A stretch of DNA of 64,000 bases, from the NCBI GenBank assembly GCA_965263185.1, contig OZ253588.1:1153454-1217453 (forward strand). The letters are read 5' to 3'. A program made the translations under genes and the position numbers. Numbering within the stretch: the first letter of the stretch is position 1; every line of letters starts with the position of its first letter. Below, in pieces: positions 58,496 through 64,000 of this stretch. The DNA is from Dehalococcoidia bacterium (GTDB lineage: Bacteria > Chloroflexota > Dehalococcoidia > Lucifugimonadales > UBA2985). Below the pieces are notes generated by a model. It saw nothing but the letters and a program-made list of their open reading frames with translations, was not told the origin of the DNA and did not search any database.

Positions 58496-58765
58496 TCATG
58501 CCACCCGCCTGACCTGCCAGCGCAGGTACTCAACCTGACCAGAGACAACGCGCGTCAGAGCCGTCGCCTGGAATGCCAAGACCGACATAGTGTTGTGCAG
58601 GCTGATCTTCCTGATCCCACGCACACAGTGGGCTTCCAGCCGTCTGGATTGCTTCAGGCTCTTGAAGACCCGCTCCACGCTTTGCCGCAGGACGTACAGG
58701 TCCTTCCACTCACGGCTCCCCGCACGTAAAAGGGGTTGACAGGCGTTATCAGGAGCGGGTATCAT
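58496..58765 (-). pseudogene. C-terminal remnant of an IS4/IS5-superfamily (DDE_Tnp_1) transposase
   Basis: YVLRQSVERVFKSLKQSRRLEAHCVRGIRKISLHNTMSVLAFQATAL is the typical C-terminal block. No catalytic N-terminal part is present. Confidence 0.6.
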
Positions 58766-58781
58766 GTAAGCAAACGCTTAC
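58736..58781 (+). promoter_or_regulatory. Candidate promoter plus palindromic operator upstream of the TetR gene
   Basis: TTGACA (58736-41), 18-nt spacer, TATCAT (58760-65), then GTAAGC-AAAC-GCTTAC (58766-81). Confidence 0.5.
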
Positions 58782-58794
58782 TTGCAACAATGCT

Positions 58795-59372
58795 ATGAGT
58801 ACACGGATGGAAAGACAGAGCACCCTGATACGGCAGCACCAGATTATAGAAGCTGCCAGAAATCTCATCACCGAGCAGCCATAGCCGAGCAGGTGGGACT
58901 GACCGAGGGGGCCATCTACCGCCACTTTGCCAGCAAGCGACAGATATTCTCCCTGCTCATAGACGACATAGAGACAAACCTGCTGAATACGGTGCGCAAC
59001 GCCCGGGTGGAAGGGGCCTCCGCAATGGAGAACATGGAACGCATCCTTGAGGCCCATCTCAGCGACGTAGAGAGTCACAGAGCGGTCTCCTTCATCATCA
59101 TCACAGAGGCCGTGAGCTTCGACGGCATTGGCCTCAGCTCCCGCGTATCCCTGATGCTTACTCACTACCTGGAGTTTCTGCGTGGAGTCCTGGAGGAGGG
59201 TATCCGGGAGGGCAGCATCAGGCCCGACCTAGACCCGGATGCGGCGGCGACCGCGTTTCTCGGCATGGTGCAGAGCACTGCCACTCTGTGGGCCCTCAAC
59301 AGCTACTCGATGACGTTGGCGGAGCAGCGGGCCCAGATGTGGAGCATATATAAGAGAGGGGTTGCCTCCTAG
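58795..59372 (+). pseudogene. TetR-family regulator with disrupted HTH region (frame change near 58880)
   Basis: ATG 58795 gives MSTRMERQSTLIRQHQIIEAARNLITEQP* (helix 1). The rest (AIAEQVGLTEGAIYRHFASKRQIF..) is in the frame of ORF 58782-59372. The linker residues between the two are missing. Confidence 0.6.
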
Positions 59373-59572
59373 GTTTGACCCCAATCTCAAAATTGCCTCC
59401 CGGCGTCATGGGGCCGCAGAAATTGGACGGACCCCGTGAGACTCATCCGGGAGAGGCATAGATACACCCGGGGCATCTGCTCCGGATGAGACCCGGCGAT
59501 GGACGCCAACACAGGAGGACACGCGCTGCTAATGGCGCGTCCACTATGAAGGGTCTACAAAGGAGGTAAACC

Positions 59573-60868
59573 ATGAGCTTGGATAACGGACTGTCAACCG
59601 GCGGGACTGCCGTAGCCAGCGCTTTCTCACGCGACGTGAGCGGGGTCTGCATTTCCGTCAACTCGCTCTGGAAAGTGTTCGGAAACAACCCGGAACGGGC
59701 CATGACCCCGGAATACGCCGACCGCACAAAGGCGGATATTCAGGCTGAGTTGGGCTGCGTGGTAGCCCTGCAGGACGTGAGCTTCGACGTGTCCCTCGGC
59801 GAGATATTCGTGGTCATGGGACTCTCAGGTAGCGGCAAGTCCACCCTCATACGCTGCCTTATTCGCCTCATAGAGCCCAACGCCGGCGAGATAGTGATAG
59901 ACGACGAGAACATCCTGGAGTACGACGACCGCAGGCTTAACGACTTCCGCCGGCGCAAGTCCGCTATGGTTTTCCAGCACTTTGGCCTGCTCCCCCACCG
60001 CACCATCATAGACAACGCGGCTTGGGGGCTGGAGGTACAGGGGATGGGCAAGAGAGAGCGCCACGAGCGAGCCATGGAGTCTCTTGATCTCGTGGGGCTG
60101 CGGGGATGGGAGAACGCCTACACCACGGAGCTAAGCGGGGGTATGCAGCAACGCGTGGGACTGGCTCGAGCCCTGACGGTTGACCCGGAGATCCTGCTAA
60201 TGGACGAGCCGTTCAGTGCCCTTGACCCCCTGATACGCCGCGAGATGCAGGACGAGCTGTTGAACCTGCAACAGCGAATACAGAAGACCATAATATTCAT
60301 CACCCATGACCTTGACGAAGCGCTGAAGCTGGGAGACCGCATAGCCATTATGCGGGACGGCAAGATAATCCAGATGGGCGCCCCGGAAGACATCGTTGAG
60401 AATCCCGCCGACGCTTACGTGAGTGAGTTCATAAGAGACGTTTCCAAGACCAAGATCCTTGGAGCCGGCAGTATAATGGAGAGTCCGCAGGTCACTGTGC
60501 CGGGTTCCCAGCCGGCCCAGGCGGCCCTGGAGGTGATGCGGGGCAACAACGCGGGGTATGCCTTTGTGGTGGACTCGGAAGGCGCCTTCATAGGAGTAGT
60601 TACGGCAGAACAGGCGACCGCGGCCGCCCAACGCGGGTCCACGCCCCTTCAGGGCCTGGACTATCCCGAATCTCCACACCGGCCCAGGGTCTCCCCGTCC
60701 ACCTCCATAGATGCCCTTATCCCACTGTCTGCGGCGACCGATTGCCCCATTGCTGTGGTGGACGACGGAGGCAAGCTCCTTGGAGTGATACCCAGAACAG
60801 CGCTCCTATCCAGCTTGGCCGAGAACCAGCAGAATCAAACGGATGCCCCCGTCACACCCACCAGATAG
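59573..60868 (+). CDS. proV: Glycine betaine/proline-type ABC transporter ATP-binding protein with tandem CBS domains
   Basis: Walker A GLSGSGKST, signature LSGGMQQRVGLARAL, Walker B ILLMDEPFSALD, and a C-terminal CBS pair. AAAGGAGGT lies upstream. Confidence 0.9.
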   Translation: MSLDNGLSTGGTAVASAFSRDVSGVCISVNSLWKVFGNNPERAMTPEYADRTKADIQAELGCVVALQDVSFDVSLGEIFVVMGLSGSGKSTLIRCLIRLIEPNAGEIVIDDENILEYDDRRLNDFRRRKSAMVFQHFGLLPHRTIIDNAAWGLEVQGMGKRERHERAMESLDLVGLRGWENAYTTELSGGMQQRVGLARALTVDPEILLMDEPFSALDPLIRREMQDELLNLQQRIQKTIIFITHDLDEALKLGDRIAIMRDGKIIQMGAPEDIVENPADAYVSEFIRDVSKTKILGAGSIMESPQVTVPGSQPAQAALEVMRGNNAGYAFVVDSEGAFIGVVTAEQATAAAQRGSTPLQGLDYPESPHRPRVSPSTSIDALIPLSAATDCPIAVVDDGGKLLGVIPRTALLSSLAENQQNQTDAPVTPTR

Positions 60869-60958
60869 GACGTTTCGAATACCCGGCGGCACGGCCGGTC
60901 AAACATTGCACACAGCCGAACTACGAGACCTGATACCTTACTGACATAGGAGGATACA

Positions 60959-62197
60959 ATGGACATTCCTCGTAGCATGAGCACAGTTCGCACTTGGAGC
61001 AGCGCCTCTTCCCTACGGCAATGGGCTTTGCGCAGCGCCTTTGTTTTGGTGGCTGCCTTTTTGATATGGGACCTGGCTATGAAGTTCATTGCCGGCCCAA
61101 CCATGGAGCATTTCTTCCCACGGCTCTACGTGTGGCTTTTCGTGGGATTCATGGGATTCCTCCTGTGGAACACCCTGAAAGCCCTGAACCGATGGACGTG
61201 GCGGCTGGCTCTCGGCGTGGTGGTGCTCCTGGCCGCCACAATCTCCACCGTTGGCCCCACGGACTCGTTCCCGTTCCGCGCGCCGAGCCAGGAGATAACG
61301 GTGGAAGGCCGAAACGTATTCGTAAAGCCTCTGACCGTGAATGTGTTGGGCCTTGAGGTCCGCCCCGGCGCCCTGGACAACTGGATAGATGCCAGGGTGA
61401 AGTGGATGGTGGCCGAGTGGCGCGGCTACTTCCAGTCCTTCAGAAACGGCTTGAACAAGGCCCTTGTCCCCCTGGAAAAGGGGCTGATAGCAATGCCCTG
61501 GTGGCTCTTCATAGGGTCAACCGCCCTGATAGCGTGGAAGGTGAGTGGGTACAGGATAGCGCTCATTGCCGTCCTGGGTCTTATGGGCATAGGGATATTC
61601 GGCCTGTGGGATAACGCCATGCGCACTATGGCCGTGGTGGGCACTGCAACCATGATGTCCGTAGCCGTGGCCATCCCCGTGGGCATTCTGATGGCCAAGA
61701 GCGAACGCCTCCAGGGCGCGATGGGTCCCGTCCTGGACCTGATGCAGGTCATGCCCGCTTTCGTATATCTCATACCGGCCATATTCTTCCTGGGAATCGG
61801 GAAGGTGCCGGCGGTGATGGCCACCATGATCTACGCCACACCCCCGGCCATGAGATTGACCAGCCTGGGTATCCGCCTGGTGTCTCCGGAGCTGATCGAG
61901 GCCGCCAAGGCCTTCGGCACCACCCCTTGGCAGCTGCTCGTCAAGATTCAACTCCCCCTGGCGCGGCCTACCATAATGGCAGGGGTCAACCAGACCATAA
62001 TGATGTCTCTTGCAATGGTGGTAGTCGCCTCTATGGTGGGCGCCGCCGGCCTGGGCGCGGACGTGCTTGCGGGTATCAACCAGCTGGAGTTCGGCAGAGG
62101 CCTGCTGGGTGGCATTGGCATCGTCATTCTCGCCATCATCATAGACCGCACGTCCCAGGGTCTTGCAAAGGACCCCCGCAACCAACGCGAATCATAG
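60959..62197 (+). CDS. proW: Glycine betaine/proline-type ABC transporter permease
   Basis: BPD_transp_1 core with the EAAKAFGTTPWQLLVKIQLPLARPTIMAG loop, plus an N-terminal extension with extra TM segments. Confidence 0.85.
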   Translation: MDIPRSMSTVRTWSSASSLRQWALRSAFVLVAAFLIWDLAMKFIAGPTMEHFFPRLYVWLFVGFMGFLLWNTLKALNRWTWRLALGVVVLLAATISTVGPTDSFPFRAPSQEITVEGRNVFVKPLTVNVLGLEVRPGALDNWIDARVKWMVAEWRGYFQSFRNGLNKALVPLEKGLIAMPWWLFIGSTALIAWKVSGYRIALIAVLGLMGIGIFGLWDNAMRTMAVVGTATMMSVAVAIPVGILMAKSERLQGAMGPVLDLMQVMPAFVYLIPAIFFLGIGKVPAVMATMIYATPPAMRLTSLGIRLVSPELIEAAKAFGTTPWQLLVKIQLPLARPTIMAGVNQTIMMSLAMVVVASMVGAAGLGADVLAGINQLEFGRGLLGGIGIVILAIIIDRTSQGLAKDPRNQRES

Positions 62198-62388
62198 CAG
62201 CGCTCGGCTGAAGGCTAGCCGGAGCGGTGGTCCGTTCCCCAGGGCCCATTGAAGGCTCAACGGGTTCAAGGGGAACGGACGCCCTCACCTACCCAACCTC
62301 CGCGGCGCGTTGCCGTTGGGCCACCGCGCGTATCGCAGTAAGGCCACGTTTTGCGCTATGATAGAGTCATAAACTTCAGGAGGTACAA

Positions 62389-62847
62389 ATGCCGGCAGAG
62401 GTAGGAGACAAGGCGCCAGATTTCACACTCCGCTCCCACACGGGTGAAGACGTCACCCTGAGCCAGTACCTTGGACAGAAGACGGTGGTGCTCCAGACCC
62501 ACGTTCTATCCTTCACAGGCGGTTGAACGCACCAGTGCTCCTCATTCCGGCTGGATAACCGCCGGTACGAGGAGCGCGACGCCCAGGTCCTGGGCATGAG
62601 CGTTGATAGCGCGCCAACTCAGAGGGCTTTCGCCACAGGGTTGGGAAACCTCCCATACCCGTTGCTGGCCGACTTCCACCCCAAGGGACAGGTGTCGGAA
62701 CTCTTCGGCATTTACAACGAGGAGCGGGGCGTAACAAGGCGGGCCGTGATCATCATAGACAAAGAGGGTGTGATAAGGTACAAGAGGATTTACACCGAGG
62801 GCCTGCCGGACTCCAAGGAGATTCTGGAGGAGTTGGACAGGCTGTAG
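62389..62847 (+). CDS. Peroxiredoxin (AhpC/TSA, BCP-like), putative selenoprotein (Sec at TGA 62524-62526)
   Basis: ATG 62389 follows CAGGAGGT. Translation is MPAEVGDKAPDFTLRSHTGEDVTLSQYLGQKTVVLQTHVLSFTGG-TGA-THQCSSF, and it continues in frame into ORF 62596-62847 (..RAVIIIDKEGVIRY). The TGA is at the peroxidatic Cys (TxxC) position. Confidence 0.75.
62535..62577 (+). promoter_or_regulatory. Candidate bacterial SECIS hairpin
   Basis: The 7-bp stem GCTCCTC/GAGGAGC encloses the 5-bp stem CCGGC/GCCGG with a 9-nt loop TGGATAACC. It starts about 10 nt after the TGA. Confidence 0.5.
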
Positions 62848-63140
62848 AGGCCACCCAAATCCCTTCCCACGCTCAGAGCCTGGATTCCTGCCCCGTATCG
62901 GAGTACGGGACAGGCTTTCGCAGGAATTACGGTTGGGCGCAAAGGGCAACGTCGTAATTGTAGGGGGGCAGGTGTCAAACCTGCCCCCCCATACGCGCCC
63001 GATCCCCTCTCCCCTCTGGATGCCCGCTTTCGCGGGCATGGCGATGGTGAGAGTGTGCCCGCTCGTGTGGTTCGACAGGCTCACCACGAACGGGCATGAA
63101 CGGGAGGCGGTGGGATTGCGTTTGCGCTGCGGCGTCCTGC
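62848..63140. repeat. Cluster of modular intergenic repeats
   Basis: cacgctcagagcctgg.., the ccccgtatcggagtacggg hairpin, ggatgcccgctttcgcgggcatggc, and gtggttcgacaggctcaccacgaacggg. Confidence 0.7.
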
Positions 63141-63156
63141 GCCCTACAATACCCTC

Positions 63157-64000
63157 ATGGCGGCGGACATTCACCCCGATACGGCAAATGGGCCTCGCCT
63201 GTTTGCAGAGGGTGACCCCGCTCTACTGGTGGACAGGCGCGGCAGGCGGTATCTGCTCTCGCTGTCGCCGGATAAGTCATACCACACCCACATGGGGGTG
63301 GTAGCCCACAACGACCTGATTGGCCGGGCGACGGGAGCCCGGCTGTACACCACCACCGGCCACATGCTGCTGGCCTTCTCCCCCACCCTGGGCGACTACG
63401 TCCAGGAGATGCCACACTCCACCCAGGTGATATACGCCAAGGACCTGGGCGCAATACTACTGTACGGAGACATCTTCCCCGGCGCCACAGTCCTGGAGGC
63501 CGGCCTGGGGTCGGGAGCCCTGACCATGGCCCTTCTGCGAGCGGTAGGGGGGAGGGGCAGGGTCATCTCCTTTGAGATGAGACCGGAGTTGGTGGAGAAG
63601 GCTCGAAAAAACATCAAGACCATAGTCCCGGACACGGCCAACCTGGAGATACAGGTTAGAGACGTCTACCAGGGCTTGGACCAGACCGTTCTGGACCGGA
63701 TCGTACTGGACATTCCTGAACCCTGGCGCGTAGTCCCGGAGGCCGCCAGAGCGCTGGCTCCCGGGGGAATCTTCCTCAGCTACCTTCCCACCATTCTTCA
63801 GGTACACCAGCTTCACGAGGCGCTGGCGGACGACCCACACTTTGAGCTGATGGAGGCTGTGGAGCTGCTGGCCCGGCCTTGGTCGGTTACCCATCGCAGC
63901 GTGAGGCCGGAGCATCGTATGATAGGCCACACCGGCTTCATCACCACCGCGCGAAAATGCGACCCAAAGCAGGCCGCGTCGGAAGAGGAGAGCGACCCGC
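63157..64000 (+). CDS. trmI: tRNA (adenine-N1)-methyltransferase TrmI/Gcd14 family (3' end beyond the window)
   Basis: Not in the ORF track because there is no stop in the window. Translation gives ..THMGVVAHNDLIG.., VLEAGLGSGALTMALLRAVG, DRIVLDIPEPW and SVRPEHRMIGHTGF. Confidence 0.8.
   Translation, partial: MAADIHPDTANGPRLFAEGDPALLVDRRGRRYLLSLSPDKSYHTHMGVVAHNDLIGRATGARLYTTTGHMLLAFSPTLGDYVQEMPHSTQVIYAKDLGAILLYGDIFPGATVLEAGLGSGALTMALLRAVGGRGRVISFEMRPELVEKARKNIKTIVPDTANLEIQVRDVYQGLDQTVLDRIVLDIPEPWRVVPEAARALAPGGIFLSYLPTILQVHQLHEALADDPHFELMEAVELLARPWSVTHRSVRPEHRMIGHTGFITTARKCDPKQAASEEESDP

Noticed and set aside
59430-59560. Glycine riboswitch upstream of proV
   Set aside because: GGAGAG-like strings are present, but the conserved ACCGAAGGGGCAA / CTCTGGAGAG cores are not. 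I kept it only as an unclassified structured leader.
63141-63159. Leaderless trmI transcript (TACAAT 7 nt upstream of the ATG, no SD)
   Set aside because: A single hexamer match is insufficient evidence, and it cannot be evaluated without transcript mapping.

Overview
GC-rich bacterial chromosomal segment with many GTG/TTG starts. The taxon cannot be assigned from sequence alone. The backbone is housekeeping: glcB (partial), M42 peptidase, moeA, an ECF sigma/anti-sigma pair, dcd-ribD-ribE-ribBA-ribH, ilvD, tatA/tatC, a Lon-like protease, hppA, birA, RNase P RNA (rnpB), queF, dnaJ-prmA-rsmE, xdhC/mocA, proVW and trmI (partial). Five kinds of non-routine content stand out. (1) Three genes (DsbA/FrnE-like, rhodanese-like, peroxiredoxin-like) carry an in-frame TGA exactly at the redox-active Cys position, with a hairpin just downstream. 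I read these as selenocysteine codons; the ORF track splits or truncates all three. (2) There are two lower-GC accessory islands. One (17.5-21.7 kb) carries a Septu-like ptuA/ptuB pair plus an orphan higA. The other (53.0-58.8 kb) carries an overlapping three-gene operon (ImmA/IrrE-like Zn-peptidase, PIN-like protein, Beta-protein/sce7725-like protein) facing a convergent sce7726-like PD-(D/E)xK protein. This second island is my best candidate for an uncharacterised conflict system. (3) Two 1705-bp copies of one IS1380-family element are present, each with a 5-bp CTWAT target duplication. One splits ptuA and the other splits the PIN-like gene. (4) Two insertions are bracketed by direct repeats that copy the 5' end (RBS/start/first codons) of the downstream host gene. 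One is a 0.77-kb orphan gene in front of a translin-like gene. The other is a 4.5-kb segment in front of an ornithine-cyclodeaminase gene, carrying a 22-repeat RCC1-like lipoprotein gene plus a second IS. (5) A modular family of intergenic REP/MITE-like repeats occurs at eight or more sites. Also present are a frameshifted CoA-transferase gene, a disrupted TetR gene and a serine-recombinase-like gene whose catalytic motif looks degenerate. No tRNA, rRNA or CRISPR array was found.
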